From Malacoraja senta (taxonomy: Eukaryota), in contig CM075992.1 of the NCBI GenBank assembly GCA_038087875.1, positions 11,968,001-12,032,000 on the forward strand: a DNA stretch of 64,000 nt. Direction: 5' to 3'. The notes under the pieces are model-generated. The model saw only the letters and a list, made by a program, of their open reading frames with translations. It searched no databases and was not told the origin of the DNA. The position numbers were made by a program, and so were the translations under genes. Each line of letters opens with the position of its first letter. The stretch's first letter is position 1. Positions 63,405-64,000 of the stretch are shown here, one piece after another.

Positions 63405-63993
63405 ATCTGCTGCAGTTGTATAGGGCCCTAGTAAGACCACACCTGGAGTATTGTGTGCAGTTTTGGTCCCCTAATTTGAGGAAGGACATTCTTGCTATTG
63501 AGGGAGTGCAGCGTAGGTTCAAAAGGTTAATTCCCGGGATGGCGGGACTGTCATGTGCTGAGAGAATGGAGCGGTTGGGTTTGTATATCTGGAGTTTAGA
63601 AGGATGAGAGGGTTTCTTATTGGAACATATAAGATTATTAAGGGTTTGAACACGCTAGAGGAAGGAAACATGTTCCTGATGTTGGGGTAGTCCAGAACCA
63701 GGGCCACCATTTAAGAATAAGGGGTAAGCCATTTAGAATGGAGACGAGGAAACACTTTTCTCACAGAGAGTTGCGAGTCTGTGGAATTCTCTGCCTCAGA
63801 GGGCAGTGGAGGCCGGTTCTCTGGATACTTTCAAGAGAGAGCTAGACAGGGCTCTTAAAGATAGCGGAGTCAGGGGATATTGGAAGAAGGCAGGAACGGG
63901 TACTGATTGGGGATGATCAGCCATGATCACATTGAATGGCTGGCTCGAAGGGCCGGATGGCCTATTCCTACACCTATTGTCTATTGTCTATTA
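63405..63993 (+). mobile_element. CR1 LINE 3' fragment with (ATTGTCT)n tail
   Basis: ORF 63416-63607 YRALVRPHLEYCVQFWSPNLRKD. Confidence 0.92.
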
Positions 63994-64000
63994 TCAAGAA

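Overview
Vertebrate genomic DNA, most likely an elasmobranch (shark/skate/ray; inferred from HE1-like V-SINEs and their CR1 partners). About 90% of the window is nested retroelements lying in the introns of one + strand adhesion-GPCR locus of the EGF-TM7/ADGRE (CD97/EMR-like) type. Five exons can be read: a half-EGF exon (7786-7872), a calcium-binding EGF exon (17427-17579), TM1-2 (32845-33045), TM3-4 (55589-55809) and a frame-broken ECL2/TM5 exon (61812-61869). No GAIN/GPS exons are visible; a 200-N assembly gap at 21670-21869 may hide them. The locus looks like a pseudogene or a mis-assembly. Mobile content includes many CR1 LINEs, a near full-length Rex1/Babar LINE, L2 and L1-clade fragments, and Penelope-like (GIY-YIG) elements whose terminal repeats carry minimal hammerhead-ribozyme-like cores. 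There are also ~220-bp palindromic mini-elements with 16-17 bp TSDs, V-SINEs, a young AFC-like CORE SINE, and a GC-rich non-autonomous family with different LINE-type tails. A DIRS-type tyrosine-recombinase retrotransposon (40402-45158) has almost perfect termini/ICR but decayed ORFs; its empty target site can be reconstructed from an intronic segmental duplication. All calls are by eye; no database searches were run, and most TE boundaries without a TSD are approximate.
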